Virus record (IMG/VR): IMGVR_UViG_3300042566_001028
Location: 14,281 to 78,280 of that record
DNA length: 64,000 nt
DNA from: a virus
Lineage: Duplodnaviria; Caudoviricetes
Reading direction: 5' to 3' (one strand)
Shown here: positions 1 to 10,885 of the stretch, piece by piece
Position numbering within the stretch: the first letter of the stretch is position 1
How the letters are laid out: the number at the start of each line of letters is the position of its first letter
Position numbers and translations under genes: made by a program
Notes under the pieces: model-generated
The model's input: only the letters and a program-made list of their open reading frames with translations
Told to the model about the DNA's origin: nothing
The model's database searches: none

Positions 1-837
1 CCTTTGGTAAAACATAGATATCCAGAATATAAGACATTTGATGAAAAGAGGATGGCAGTTGAGGTAGACAATATTGCAACCGAAACACAAACATTCTTAA
101 ACTCATTCTACGATTTATTGGCAGAGAGATTTTTCTTTATTCCAAAAGACAAACATAGATTTGAAATTAAAAAGGAATACATCAGTAAAGCAGGATTTTG
201 GGTAGCAAAGAAACGATATGCACAATGGATGATTTTGAAAAACGGAATACCATGTGATAAATTGGATGTGAAAGGATTGGATGTAGTTAGAAGTTCATTC
301 CCCAAAGCATTTCAAAAGTTTATGTCTACAATGTTGAAAGATATTTTAATGGGTAAAGATAATGAATATATAGATGATACTTTATTAACATTTAAGAAAA
401 GTTTACCAACACTACCTGTAAATACAATTGCAAAAGGTGGAGCATTGAAAGAATTGAGTAAATATGATAATGGCAGTTGGAAAACGGGTGACGCAGTTGC
501 AAACTTTGAGAAAGGGACACCTGCACACGTTAAAGCCGGAATAACATACAATAGATTATTAAAGTTCTTTAATTGTCCATATAAGCATGAACCGATTAGA
601 GATGGTGATAAAGTAAAATGGGTATATCTTAAAGACAATCCATTAGGATTAGAAACAGTTGCATTCAAAGATTATAATGACCCAAAAGAAATTATGGATT
701 TTGTCGAAACCTATGTGGATAGAAACAAAATATTTGAAGCAGAATTAGAAAACAAATTGGATGACTTTTATAACGCATTAAAGTGGGATAAAGTCACAGC
801 AGATACAAAAACAGCAAAGAAATTCTTTGCATTCTAA
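1..837 (+). CDS. Family B DNA polymerase, C-terminal part (truncated by window start)
   Basis: KKRYA and KGLDVVRS palm/thumb motifs of PolB; followed by clamp and clamp-loader genes. Confidence 0.93.
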   Translation, partial: PLVKHRYPEYKTFDEKRMAVEVDNIATETQTFLNSFYDLLAERFFFIPKDKHRFEIKKEYISKAGFWVAKKRYAQWMILKNGIPCDKLDVKGLDVVRSSFPKAFQKFMSTMLKDILMGKDNEYIDDTLLTFKKSLPTLPVNTIAKGGALKELSKYDNGSWKTGDAVANFEKGTPAHVKAGITYNRLLKFFNCPYKHEPIRDGDKVKWVYLKDNPLGLETVAFKDYNDPKEIMDFVETYVDRNKIFEAELENKLDDFYNALKWDKVTADTKTAKKFFAF

Positions 838-856
838 AAAATTTATCGTATATTAG
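826..856 (+). promoter_or_regulatory. Bacteroidota sigma70-like promoter (-33 TTTG / -7 TAnnTTnG)
   Basis: TTTG-N19-TATATTAG upstream of the clamp gene; one of ~16 copies in the window. Confidence 0.6.
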
Positions 857-874
857 TAAAACAAACAATAAAAC

Positions 875-1588
875 ATGAACAAAAACAATTTATTAAAATT
901 CATTCAAAAGTATTCACTAGGTGGACTTATTGAATCAGTAGCGTGGAACGCTGAAGGAACAAAGTTATCAGTTAGATTTATTTCAGATGACAAAACATTA
1001 TTAGGTGAGGTTGAGTATAATGCTTACACTTCTACTCCAATGAATGTGGGTATTTACACAACATCATTATTAAAAAATATGATTGGTGTATTGGACAACG
1101 ATTTAACATTAAAAGTTGACAAAGCAGGTGATAAATCAGTATCATTAAAATTATCATCCGATGAAACGGAAACATCTTATCAATTAGCAGACTTAGGAGT
1201 TATTCCACCTGTACCAGATTTGAAAACATTACCTGATTTTGGTATTTCAATTGATATGGCATCTAATATGATTGACAAGTTTATCAAAGCAAAAGGTGCA
1301 TTGAGTGATGTAGATACTTTCACAATCTTTACTGAAGGTGGTGATTTGAAGATGGCAATTGGTTATTCTTCTATCTCTACAAACCGAGTTACATTTACTG
1401 CACAAAAAGATTACGCAGAAACTGTAAAACCAATTTCTTTCTCTGCAAAGTATTTGAAAGAAATCTTAACAGCAAACAAAGAAGCAACATCAGCAAAATT
1501 AAAAGTTTCAACAGATGGTTTATCAAATGTTGAATTTCAAATTGATGATTTTGTATGTAAATATTATTTAGTAGAAATTTCAAATTAA
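875..1588 (+). CDS. DNA polymerase sliding clamp (gp45/PCNA-like)
   Basis: 237 aa, FSAKYLKEIL and C-terminal KYYLV PCNA-like pattern; lies between PolB and clamp loader. Confidence 0.75.
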   Translation: MNKNNLLKFIQKYSLGGLIESVAWNAEGTKLSVRFISDDKTLLGEVEYNAYTSTPMNVGIYTTSLLKNMIGVLDNDLTLKVDKAGDKSVSLKLSSDETETSYQLADLGVIPPVPDLKTLPDFGISIDMASNMIDKFIKAKGALSDVDTFTIFTEGGDLKMAIGYSSISTNRVTFTAQKDYAETVKPISFSAKYLKEILTANKEATSAKLKVSTDGLSNVEFQIDDFVCKYYLVEISN

Positions 1589-1593
1589 TAAAA

Positions 1594-1911
1594 ATGAGTA
1601 AAGAACAATTAGAATTATTCCCAACGGAAGTTGGTTATGAATTATCCCCACAAGAAGAAGTAAATATTCCAGAAGCACAACCAATTCAAGACGCAGAATG
1701 GTGTTTTCAATTTTTCAATAATGAACCAATTGTATTTGCATGGTCAAACGAAGGTGAAGAACCTGCTCCATTGGTTTTACAATTACAACCAAAAGATGGT
1801 GAGGGATTAAACTTCCAACAAAATGGAATGTCTTTTAGAATTTTCCCAAGACCAATTAGTGAAGAAACAAAAAAAGAAAGAGAGAATGTTAGTAAAAGTA
1901 AAGAAGCTTAG
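1594..1911 (+). CDS. hypothetical protein
   Basis: ORF packed in operon; no motif recognised. Confidence 0.6.
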   Translation: MSKEQLELFPTEVGYELSPQEEVNIPEAQPIQDAEWCFQFFNNEPIVFAWSNEGEEPAPLVLQLQPKDGEGLNFQQNGMSFRIFPRPISEETKKERENVSKSKEA

Positions 1912-2320
1912 TTCAGACGCAGTAATTCCAACTTACGCAAAAGATGGAGATGCCGGTATGGATATGGTAACAACCCGTATCATAAACGAAACTTTGGATT
2001 CTATTACATACGGAACGGATATTGCAATGGAAATTCCAAAGGGATTTGTAGGATTAGTATTCCCCCGTTCATCTATTAGAAAAACTGGTTTACAATTAAG
2101 TAATTCGGTGGGTGTAATAGATAGTGGTTATAGAGGTGAAATTCAAGCTACCTTTAAGAAAATTCAAGGAATAACTAATGATGAATTGGACAATTACAAG
2201 GTTGGTGATAGAATTTGTCAAATTATGATTATACCACATCCACCGGTAGTATTTTATGAAGCAGAAGAATTAAATAACACCGAAAGAGGCGCAGGCGGAT
2301 TCGGTTCAACTGGAAAATAA
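1886..2320 (+). CDS. dut: trimeric dUTPase
   Basis: AGMD, PRSS, GVIDSGYRGEI, GDRICQ and RGAGGFGSTG motifs; likely start MLVKVKK at 1886. Confidence 0.97.
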   Translation: MLVKVKKLSSDAVIPTYAKDGDAGMDMVTTRIINETLDSITYGTDIAMEIPKGFVGLVFPRSSIRKTGLQLSNSVGVIDSGYRGEIQATFKKIQGITNDELDNYKVGDRICQIMIIPHPPVVFYEAEELNNTERGAGGFGSTGK

Positions 2321-2321
2321 T

Positions 2322-3269
2322 ATGAGTTTTTTCGCAAACGAAAACAATAAAAAAGAACATAGCTTGTGGGTGGAGAAATACCGTCCACAAACTCTTGCTG
2401 ACTATGTTGGTAATGAAACCATCAAAGAAACAATTCAGCAGTATTTAGATGCAAACGATATTCCACATTTATTGTTATACGGAAAAGCAGGTACGGGTAA
2501 AACCACACTTGCAAAGTTAATCGTAAACACAATCAAATGTGACTTTATGATTATCAACGCATCAGATGAAAACAATGTGGATACCGTAAGAACAAAAGTA
2601 AAGAACTTCGCATCATCGGTTGGATTTGCAGGTTTCAAAGTAATCATCTTAGATGAGTTTGATTATATGACACCGGGAGCACAAGCGATTTTGAGAAACT
2701 TAATGGAAACGTTCAGTAAGCATTGTAGGTTTATCTTAACCTGTAATTACATTGAGAAAATCATTGACCCTATTCAAAGTAGATGTCAGTCTTTCGCAAT
2801 CACTCCACCGACTAAAAAGGATGTAGCAGTTCAGGTAGCAAAGATATTAGATGCTGAAAAGATTAAGTATGAACCAAAGAATATGGCTGATGTGATTAAT
2901 TCATATTACCCAGATATTAGAAGGATACTTAATACTTGTCAATTACAATCTGCAAAAGGTGAATTGAAAGTAGACCACAAAATTATGGTTGAGTCAAACT
3001 TTGCAAGTAAACTTATTGAGTTATTGAAATCAAACGATGAAAAACGAAATGTGTTTATGGCAACAAGACAAGCCGTAGCTGATAACAAACTAAACGACTA
3101 TTCAGAAATGTATACAATGTTATACGACAAAGTAGATGAATACGCAACCGGAAATGTTGCAAATGTGATTTTAACTATTGCAGATGGTCTTTCAAAAGAT
3201 GCATTAGTAGTAGATAAGGAAATCGTATTTATGTCAACAATTATACAAATATTAAACATTATAAAATAA
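2322..3269 (+). CDS. Clamp loader AAA+ subunit (RFC small subunit / gp44-like)
   Basis: LWVEKYRP, Walker A GKAGTGKT, INASDE, ILDEFD, SRC motif. Confidence 0.95.
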   Translation: MSFFANENNKKEHSLWVEKYRPQTLADYVGNETIKETIQQYLDANDIPHLLLYGKAGTGKTTLAKLIVNTIKCDFMIINASDENNVDTVRTKVKNFASSVGFAGFKVIILDEFDYMTPGAQAILRNLMETFSKHCRFILTCNYIEKIIDPIQSRCQSFAITPPTKKDVAVQVAKILDAEKIKYEPKNMADVINSYYPDIRRILNTCQLQSAKGELKVDHKIMVESNFASKLIELLKSNDEKRNVFMATRQAVADNKLNDYSEMYTMLYDKVDEYATGNVANVILTIADGLSKDALVVDKEIVFMSTIIQILNIIK

Positions 3270-3273
3270 AAAA

Positions 3274-3513
3274 ATGGAACAAGGACAACAATTACCAGTT
3301 AATTTTAAGTTAACTGATGCAAGAGACATGAATTGCGAATGTGGCAATAATATGTTTATGCAAGGGTATAGATTTAAAAAAGTAAGTAGATTACTTACAG
3401 GTGGTGCAAAAGATACGGTTTTACCTGTTGAAGTGTATATTTGCACACAATGTAGTAAACCATTACAAGATTTATTGCCACAAGAATTGCAAGATACAAA
3501 AATTACAGAATAA
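3274..3513 (+). CDS. small zinc-ribbon protein
   Basis: CECG...CTQC cysteine pairs. Confidence 0.6.
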   Translation: MEQGQQLPVNFKLTDARDMNCECGNNMFMQGYRFKKVSRLLTGGAKDTVLPVEVYICTQCSKPLQDLLPQELQDTKITE

Positions 3514-3962
3514 TGGCAGCAAAATTGTTTGACCATATCAATGCAATAACTACCATACAAGACCCAAAGTATTTTGACAAACTATCCGATGAGGATGTTA
3601 AGACTTGGAGTAATTTTATGATAAATAGATTTCTATCAATGAAGCCTGAATGGGTTGAGTTGGTAGCATCTCTATTGCCTTTAACACAAACTCTACAACC
3701 AAAAGAAATGTATAAGTTGTATATTAGTGTTATTCCAAAAGGTAAATACTTTTTAAAATACATAAAAGGAAAATCAGAAGATAAATACGAACAATTCATA
3801 GTTGACTTACTAAAGAAAGAATATGATTGTTCAGAAAACCAAGCAATTGAGTATTTAGAAGTTCTTTATTCAACAAGAGAAGGTAGAGAATATATGAAAT
3901 ATGTTTGTGAAAAATATGGTATAGATAAAAAACAAATAACTAAATTGAAACTTAAGATATAA
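3513..3962 (+). CDS. probable clamp loader small subunit (gp62-like)
   Basis: NFMINRFLSM motif resembling gp62-like proteins; size and context fit. Confidence 0.6.
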   Translation: MAAKLFDHINAITTIQDPKYFDKLSDEDVKTWSNFMINRFLSMKPEWVELVASLLPLTQTLQPKEMYKLYISVIPKGKYFLKYIKGKSEDKYEQFIVDLLKKEYDCSENQAIEYLEVLYSTREGREYMKYVCEKYGIDKKQITKLKLKI

Positions 3963-3994
3963 TTTGGTAAATCCAATTATTTGTCTTATATTAC
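3963..3994 (+). promoter_or_regulatory. Bacteroidota sigma70-like promoter
   Basis: TTTGGTAA with TATATTAC 20 nt after TTTG. Confidence 0.6.
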
Positions 3995-4001
3995 AGTTAT
4001 T

Positions 4002-4886
4002 ATGGCAAGAGTATCATTTTCACAATATAGTATGTGGCATAGTTGTCCACAACAATACAAATTAGCATACATAGATAAGTTAGGTGAATCATCATCAAAT
4101 ATTCATTCAATCTTTGGAACTGCAATGCATGAGACACTCCAAAACTATTTGGAGAAGTGTTTAAGAATATCAAAGTCACAAGCTGACAAAATGATTGACT
4201 TAAAGGAATATCTAAAAGAAAGAATGAGAGATTCGTATCTTAAAGAAACTGAGGGGGAAATAGGCAATACAACAATATGCACCAAAGAAGAAATGGTGGA
4301 GTTTTTAGAAGATGGAAATGTCTTATTAGATTGGTTTCAAAAACCCAAAAACTTTAACAAATTCTTTTCGTTAAAACACGATGAGTTGGTAGCAATTGAA
4401 CAACCCATAAACACAAAGATTTCGGAGAATGTAAACTTTATGGGTTTTATAGATTTGATTATCAGAGATACCTTTACAGGCAGATATAGAATCATTGACT
4501 TTAAAACTTCTACAAGAGGTTGGAGTAAATATCAAAAATCAGACCCAGTTAAAAGTGCACAAATTCTTTTATACAAAAAGTTCTATGCCGAATTGATTGG
4601 TATTTCCGAAGATGTGATTGATGTTGAATTTATCATATTGAAAAGAAAAGTAGAAGTAAGAGAGGATATCCCAACACATAGAATTAGTAAACATATACCT
4701 GCAAATGGTAAGGTATCGGTGAATAAGGCCTGGAAGGGTTTTACCGAGTTTGTAGAGAGTGTATTTGACAAAGATGGTAATTATAGAACCGATATAGAAT
4801 TCCCAAAGAACGCAACCAAACTATGTGAATGGTGTGAGTTTTTTGATAGAGGAATATGTGATAGAGGATTAAAAAATTTAAATTAA
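4002..4886 (+). CDS. PD-(D/E)XK nuclease, Cas4/AddB-like, probable 4Fe-4S staple
   Basis: SFSQ..SCP, FGTAMHE, GFIDL, IIDFKT, C-terminal CEWC-x7-C. Confidence 0.85.
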   Translation: MARVSFSQYSMWHSCPQQYKLAYIDKLGESSSNIHSIFGTAMHETLQNYLEKCLRISKSQADKMIDLKEYLKERMRDSYLKETEGEIGNTTICTKEEMVEFLEDGNVLLDWFQKPKNFNKFFSLKHDELVAIEQPINTKISENVNFMGFIDLIIRDTFTGRYRIIDFKTSTRGWSKYQKSDPVKSAQILLYKKFYAELIGISEDVIDVEFIILKRKVEVREDIPTHRISKHIPANGKVSVNKAWKGFTEFVESVFDKDGNYRTDIEFPKNATKLCEWCEFFDRGICDRGLKNLN

Positions 4887-4911
4887 ACAATATATATTTT
4901 AAAAATAAGTT

Positions 4912-6294
4912 ATGGCAAAAAAGAAGATTCTGTTATTATCAGATGACTTAAGAATGGCAAGTGGTATTGCTAATGTTTCTAAGCAATTAGTATTAGGAAC
5001 AGTCGATAAATATGATTGGGTTCAATTAGGAGCAGCAATCAAACATCCAGAAGCGGGTAGAGTATTGGATTTAAATGAAGATGTTAGAAAACAAACTGGC
5101 GTAAAAGATGCAAGTGTTAAAATATACCCATTTGATGGTTATGGAAATCCGGATATAATTAGACAATTATTAATGACAGAACGTCCTGATGCAATCTTAC
5201 ACTTTACTGACCCAAGATATTGGATTTGGTTATATGAAATTGAGCATGAAATTAGACAATCGGTTCCATTATTCTTTTATCACATTTGGGATGATTTACC
5301 AGACCCAAAATATAATAGAAATTATTACGAAAGTTGTGATTGGATTGGGTGTATTTCAAAGCAAACATATGGTATTACTCGTAGAGTTTGGGGATGGGAT
5401 AAGGAAAAACATTGGGAAAAGCCAGCAGATTGGCAAGTAAGTTATGTCCCACATGGTATCAATTCGGATTTATACAAACCAATTGAAGTTCCTAAAGAAT
5501 TCAAAAAAGAAATTTTTGGCGATAAAGAATATGATTTTGTATTGTATTGGAATAATAGAAACATTCGTAGAAAACAACCGATTGATGTTATTTTAGCATT
5601 TGATAAATTTGTAGAAGCATTGGCACCTGAACATAGAGATAAAGTATGTTTATTGATGCATACACAACCTGTGGAAGAACATGGAACGGATTTACCAAGA
5701 ACAATTGCAGAATGTTGCTCACCTGAAACAAATGTAGTATTTGCACCAAATAGATATACCGAAGAACAATTGAACTATCTTTATAATATTGGTGATGTAA
5801 CAATCAATGTTGCATCCAACGAAGGATTTGGATTGGCAACTGCAGAATCAGTAATGGCTGGAACTCCTATTATTGTAACTGTCACCGGTGGATTACAAGA
5901 CCAATGTGGATTTAGAGATAAAGGTACCGGTAAATTGGCAACCGCTGAAGATTATGTTGAAATTGGTTCTTTACACGATAGACATAAAAAGGCGGGTGTA
6001 GTTTGGGGAGATTGGGTTAAACCAATCTGGCCAGTTCGTTCAACAACAGGTTCGGTTCCTACTCCATACATTTTTGACGATAGAGTTGATTTTGAAGATA
6101 TCAGTCCTTTAATTATGGATTGGTATAAAATGCCAAAAGAAGATAGAGAAGCTGCCGGATTGAAAGGTAGAAAACACTTTTTAGGTGAAGGTAAATTAAG
6201 TAGAGAAGCAATGTGTGATTCATTAGTTGAAGGCATGGATGGGGCATTTGCAAATTGGAAACCAAAACAAAAATTTAAATTAATAGAGTTATAG
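4912..6294 (+). CDS. GT-B (GT4-like) glycosyltransferase
   Basis: VPHGIN, NRNIRRKQ, NEGFGLATAESVMAGTP. Confidence 0.9.
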   Translation: MAKKKILLLSDDLRMASGIANVSKQLVLGTVDKYDWVQLGAAIKHPEAGRVLDLNEDVRKQTGVKDASVKIYPFDGYGNPDIIRQLLMTERPDAILHFTDPRYWIWLYEIEHEIRQSVPLFFYHIWDDLPDPKYNRNYYESCDWIGCISKQTYGITRRVWGWDKEKHWEKPADWQVSYVPHGINSDLYKPIEVPKEFKKEIFGDKEYDFVLYWNNRNIRRKQPIDVILAFDKFVEALAPEHRDKVCLLMHTQPVEEHGTDLPRTIAECCSPETNVVFAPNRYTEEQLNYLYNIGDVTINVASNEGFGLATAESVMAGTPIIVTVTGGLQDQCGFRDKGTGKLATAEDYVEIGSLHDRHKKAGVVWGDWVKPIWPVRSTTGSVPTPYIFDDRVDFEDISPLIMDWYKMPKEDREAAGLKGRKHFLGEGKLSREAMCDSLVEGMDGAFANWKPKQKFKLIEL

Positions 6295-6295
6295 T

Positions 6296-7564
6296 ATGAA
6301 ACCAACATTAGTATTTCAGGCACCAGTAGCAACAAGAAGTGGGTATGGTGACCACGCGAGAGATTTGTTGCATTCATTATACAAATTAAATAAGTTTGAT
6401 ATTAAAGTAATCAGTACTCGTTGGGGAAATACTCCAATGGATTCTCTTAATTATGATAAACCATTTCACAAATGGGTAGTAGATAACATTATTCCAAAAA
6501 TTGAACAAAAGCCTGATATCTATATTCAGGTAACGGTACCAAATGAGTTTCAACCAATAGGACATTATAACATTGGTATTACTGCCGCAATTGAAACAAC
6601 GCATTCACCATTGGATTGGGTACATGGATGTAATAGAATGGATTTAATTATAGTTCCATCTGAACATTCAAAAAAGAGTTTAATTGATAGTGTATATAAT
6701 GAAGCAGATAAACAAACTGGTCAATTAATAAAACAACATAGAATTGAAAAACCGGTAGAAATTTTATTTGAAGGATTTGACGAAGAAGATTTTGGAACAG
6801 AACATGTTGCACATATTACTGAATTGGATTCAATCAAAGAAGATTTCGCATTCTTATTCGTAGGACATTGGTTAAGAGGTGATTTAGGTGAAGATAGAAA
6901 GAATGTGGGAATGATGATTAAAACATTCGCAATGGCATTCAAAAATGAAAAGGTTAAACCGGCATTAGTTCTAAAAACCAGTTCAGCGGGATTTAGTGTG
7001 ATGGATAGAGAAAATACTATTAAAAAAATTAAAGAGGTATTGGGTAAAGATTATAAGTCAGTTCCAATTTATCTTTTACATGGTGATTTAACCTCAACAG
7101 AAATGAATGGTTTATATGAACATCCAAAAGTAAAAGCAATGTTAAACTTTACAAAGGGTGAAGGATTTGGTAGACCATTGCTAGAATTTAGTTTAACAGG
7201 TAAACCGATATTAGTAAGTGGTTGGAGTGGGCATTTGGATTTCTTAAAGCAAGGAGCGGTATTATTGGAAGGTGAATTAAAACCTGTACATGAATCAGCG
7301 GCCGACCAATTTTTATTAAAAGAAGCACAATGGTTTAATGTTAATATTTCAAAAGCATTGACTACAATGAAAGATGTTTATAAAAATTATGACAAATACA
7401 AAGTAGATTCATTCCAATTAGGTAAACAAAATAAACAAAATTTCAGCTTAGAAAAAATGACTAAATTGTTTGATGTTATTTTAAATCAATATGGTATTTA
7501 TACTAAAACACAACCAAAGTTTCAACAATTACAATTACCAAAATTGAAAATGTTAAATAAATAA
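6296..7564 (+). CDS. GT-B (GT4-like) glycosyltransferase
   Basis: RSGYG, RKNVG, KGEGFGRPLLE. Confidence 0.9.
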   Translation: MKPTLVFQAPVATRSGYGDHARDLLHSLYKLNKFDIKVISTRWGNTPMDSLNYDKPFHKWVVDNIIPKIEQKPDIYIQVTVPNEFQPIGHYNIGITAAIETTHSPLDWVHGCNRMDLIIVPSEHSKKSLIDSVYNEADKQTGQLIKQHRIEKPVEILFEGFDEEDFGTEHVAHITELDSIKEDFAFLFVGHWLRGDLGEDRKNVGMMIKTFAMAFKNEKVKPALVLKTSSAGFSVMDRENTIKKIKEVLGKDYKSVPIYLLHGDLTSTEMNGLYEHPKVKAMLNFTKGEGFGRPLLEFSLTGKPILVSGWSGHLDFLKQGAVLLEGELKPVHESAADQFLLKEAQWFNVNISKALTTMKDVYKNYDKYKVDSFQLGKQNKQNFSLEKMTKLFDVILNQYGIYTKTQPKFQQLQLPKLKMLNK

Positions 7565-7565
7565 T

Positions 7566-8129
7566 ATGAATATATTAATTGTAACATCAAATAGATGTGG
7601 TAGTATGGCATTGGCGAATTGGATACAAAAAGAATTATCAATAACCGATACAATTTCTTATTCAATAATAAATAACTCAGAGGTTGATAAAGATGTATTT
7701 TCTAAAATAAACAATTCAATTGTAATATTATTATACTCTGATTATAAAAAATTAATAATAGATAAAAAATATATACCTGAAGAAAATTTTGATTTTACAA
7801 TTTGTTTAAAAAGAGAATCTTCAAAAGACCAAGCTGAAAGTTATTTGTGGAATATTCAAAATAAAAAAAATAAACCATATATAATCAATGATAATTGGAT
7901 TGAAGAAAATAAAAAAGAACTTAAAAAGTTAGAATCTAAATTTAAAAAAGAATATGATGAGATGTCAATTGTTTTTGGATATCATGCATCATACGAATCT
8001 GTATTTGCAGACTCCATACCACAAGATTTATGGAATATTTCATCATATATTGGTATAAGACCGGCTTTTTATTGGAAAATAGCACCAACATTTAAACTTA
8101 GAAGATTTGATAAAATAAATTTAATATAA
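7566..8129 (+). CDS. sulfotransferase-like protein (Stf0-like)
   Basis: N-terminal IVTSNRCGS resembling the PAPS-binding loop, LKRE...QAES; cysC nearby. Confidence 0.45.
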   Translation: MNILIVTSNRCGSMALANWIQKELSITDTISYSIINNSEVDKDVFSKINNSIVILLYSDYKKLIIDKKYIPEENFDFTICLKRESSKDQAESYLWNIQNKKNKPYIINDNWIEENKKELKKLESKFKKEYDEMSIVFGYHASYESVFADSIPQDLWNISSYIGIRPAFYWKIAPTFKLRRFDKINLI

Positions 8130-8132
8130 TAT

Positions 8133-8771
8133 ATGATATGGATATTTGGCGATTCTTTTAGTGCTCCATTTCAAATGCATTTGGATAGAAAAAATCAATG
8201 GGCAATTGACTATTGTGATTATAAGAAAAAAATACCAAAAACATTTGATAATGTTTTATTTGATTTATTGGACATTCCAATCAATAATTTGGCATTACCA
8301 GGTTCCGATAATTATACAATATTTCACACATATATAAAAAATTTGGAAAACATTAAAAACGATGATATTTTGATATTTGGGTGGTCTAGTGTGTTACGAT
8401 ATCGTTTGGGAAATATTGACGGAGGTTTTTCAACAATATTAACTGAAAATGGATACGAATTGGTTCACCATTTGTTTGATAATTTAACACAAAAGACAAT
8501 CGATGAAACGTTGGTTATAAGGACTTCGGATGCATATTATAGAGAATTGGAAGATTTTATAAAAATAATAGAACATTCATCATTAACTAAAAATATTTAT
8601 CATTGGTCTCCATTTATAGAAAATAGATTAAATGTAAAAAATATTAATCAAATATCACCAGTTGGTATAAAAATTGAAACAAATTCAATAATTGATGATG
8701 AACATTTTGGTGAAGTTGGGCATTTAAGTTTGGCAATGTATTTTTATAAAAAAATTAAATCACAAAAATGA
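8133..8771 (+). CDS. SGNH/GDSL-like hydrolase or acyltransferase
   Basis: IFGDSF, NLALPGSDN, DxHxxxxGH. Confidence 0.65.
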   Translation: MIWIFGDSFSAPFQMHLDRKNQWAIDYCDYKKKIPKTFDNVLFDLLDIPINNLALPGSDNYTIFHTYIKNLENIKNDDILIFGWSSVLRYRLGNIDGGFSTILTENGYELVHHLFDNLTQKTIDETLVIRTSDAYYRELEDFIKIIEHSSLTKNIYHWSPFIENRLNVKNINQISPVGIKIETNSIIDDEHFGEVGHLSLAMYFYKKIKSQK

Positions 8772-9244
8772 TAAGAAATTACTTTTTAACATATAAAAAA
8801 TACATAGATGATAGACAAAAAATAGCTGCATCTCAAATGAAAAGTGGAACTTTTTATATTATAAAGGAATATACATATGTTGATGGAAATAATAAAACAT
8901 ATAGTGCAGCTGAAACACCTATTATATATACATTATATGTTTCCAAATCGAAAGATGTAGTCCATGCTGTAAAAGTAACAACTGTAAATCCTCAAATAAT
9001 AAAAAGATTTTTTTCTAAAATGGTAAATGAGGAGACGGAACTTATTCAAATGAAAGGTAAGAGTTCTACTTTTTTTGATAAATATGTAAAAAAAATACCA
9101 GTTGTAAGTAGAGACTCATATAGAACATATAAATTGAGTGGATTGGATACTGTATTTGAATTGAATATGGATGTCAATGAAATGACACCAAAATCTAAAA
9201 CAGTAACCGGAATAGATGAAAAATCACAAAAACAAAGTAAATAG
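8768..9244 (+). CDS. hypothetical protein
   Basis: ORF overlapping neighbour by ATGA. Confidence 0.65.
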   Translation: MIRNYFLTYKKYIDDRQKIAASQMKSGTFYIIKEYTYVDGNNKTYSAAETPIIYTLYVSKSKDVVHAVKVTTVNPQIIKRFFSKMVNEETELIQMKGKSSTFFDKYVKKIPVVSRDSYRTYKLSGLDTVFELNMDVNEMTPKSKTVTGIDEKSQKQSK

Positions 9245-9246
9245 TT

Positions 9247-9618
9247 ATGACATCAAAAGAATTCGTTATTTGGTTAAAAGGTTTTACGGAAGGAGTGCAT
9301 GAATTTGCAATTACTCCAAAACAATGGGATTACTTAAAAGAAAAGTTGGCAGAAGTGGATGACAATACAATTCCTATGGGTGGAGTAATTGTAGACCATA
9401 ATACATTTAAAACTGTTTATCCAAATTGGACAGGAATTAACCCATATGAAACAAGAGGTCCTGAAACACCTACGGGTACTACAATAACAACAACACCGGG
9501 TGTTGGTTCAATTACAATTGCTAATCCACCATTTGGATTTGGAGTGACATCAACTGCATATGGATATCCGAGTGGGAGTGCATGGAGTTATACAACATCA
9601 AACGAAAAAATATTTTAA
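9247..9618 (+). CDS. hypothetical phage protein, Thr/Gly-rich C-terminus
   Basis: MTSKEFVIWLKGFTE N-terminus typical of small phage proteins. Confidence 0.65.
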   Translation: MTSKEFVIWLKGFTEGVHEFAITPKQWDYLKEKLAEVDDNTIPMGGVIVDHNTFKTVYPNWTGINPYETRGPETPTGTTITTTPGVGSITIANPPFGFGVTSTAYGYPSGSAWSYTTSNEKIF

Positions 9619-10241
9619 TGAAATTAAGTTACGCAATAACGGCTTGTAATGAAGTCGAAGAAACCATTAGATTGGTAAATCAGTTATTAAACTATAAAGA
9701 AGAAAATTCAGAAATAGTAGTCCTATTAGACATACCAAAAGCACCTACCGAATTAGTAGAGTATTTGGAACTACAAGCAAACGCAGACCACATCACATTG
9801 ATTGAATCTGAATTTAATAATGATTTTGCACAATGGAAAAATCTATTAAACTCACAATGTAAAGGTGAGTGGATATTTCAATTAGATGCGGATGAGTATT
9901 TAACACCAGATTTAATTGTTAATATGGAATCTCTATTAGATGCAAATACTGATAAGGATATGATTGTTGTTCCACGCATCAATACAGTTGAAGGGTTAAC
10001 TGAAGCACATATTCAAAAATGGAGATGGAATGTAAATGAAAAAGGATGGGTAAATTTTCCAGATGTTCAAACTCGTATCTACAAAAACTCTGATAAAATT
10101 GGATGGAGTGGCAAAGTGCATGAAAGAATCGTAGGATTTGAATCTTACACAAATTTTCCAGCAGATGAAATATATTGTATTATACACCCTAAGACAATAG
10201 ACAGACAAGAAAGACAAAATAATTATTACGATACTTTATAA
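9618..10241 (+). CDS. GT2-family glycosyltransferase
   Basis: DFAQWKN, WIFQLDADE, VHERIVG. Confidence 0.9.
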   Translation: MKLSYAITACNEVEETIRLVNQLLNYKEENSEIVVLLDIPKAPTELVEYLELQANADHITLIESEFNNDFAQWKNLLNSQCKGEWIFQLDADEYLTPDLIVNMESLLDANTDKDMIVVPRINTVEGLTEAHIQKWRWNVNEKGWVNFPDVQTRIYKNSDKIGWSGKVHERIVGFESYTNFPADEIYCIIHPKTIDRQERQNNYYDTL

Positions 10242-10885
10242 TGGTTCACATATACTATCACATATATGCAATAGATGGTGTTGAATCTATAATAGATGAA
10301 CAATTAAATTTAATAAAAAAACATTTTAATTTTCCATATATTTTAAATATTGGTATAGTAATACCCAATGAAAATAAGTCTATATCTAATATATTAAATA
10401 AAATTGATAAATCAAAAATTAGAGACATCCGTTCAATGGGTAATGAATTTGTTACATTGGATTTAATTGAAAATGATAAAATAAATTTTAAAGATTCCGA
10501 TTATATTTTATATATTCACACTAAAGGTGCTTCCAAACAAACCGATATTCAATATCAAAATATAATTACTTGGAGACAATTAATGAATTATTTTAATATA
10601 GAAAAATTTGAAAATATATTTAAATTATTTCAACAAACCGAATATAATACATACGGAGTTTTATATAGTATTTTGGGTAATTGGAAATTATATTCTGGTA
10701 ATTTTTGGTGGGCAAAGGCTAAATACTTAAAAAGTATTAATATTGAAAAAATAAAAAAAAATAGATTTAATGCCGAAACCAATTATATTCAAAACGGTGA
10801 AAATTGGAAACCATATTCACCATTGAATAGACAGGGTGAAAATCACTATTTAATAAATTTCAAAAGAGAAGAGTATGCAAAATAA
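10241..10885 (+). CDS. putative glycosyltransferase-like protein
   Basis: LYIHTKG...WR...YSGNFWWA motif typical of viral glycan clusters. Confidence 0.55.
   Translation: MVHIYYHIYAIDGVESIIDEQLNLIKKHFNFPYILNIGIVIPNENKSISNILNKIDKSKIRDIRSMGNEFVTLDLIENDKINFKDSDYILYIHTKGASKQTDIQYQNIITWRQLMNYFNIEKFENIFKLFQQTEYNTYGVLYSILGNWKLYSGNFWWAKAKYLKSINIEKIKKNRFNAETNYIQNGENWKPYSPLNRQGENHYLINFKREEYAK

Noticed and set aside
4002-4886. CRISPR-Cas system (Cas4-like gene)
   Set aside because: No repeat-spacer array or other cas genes are visible; stand-alone Cas4-like nucleases are common in phage replication modules.
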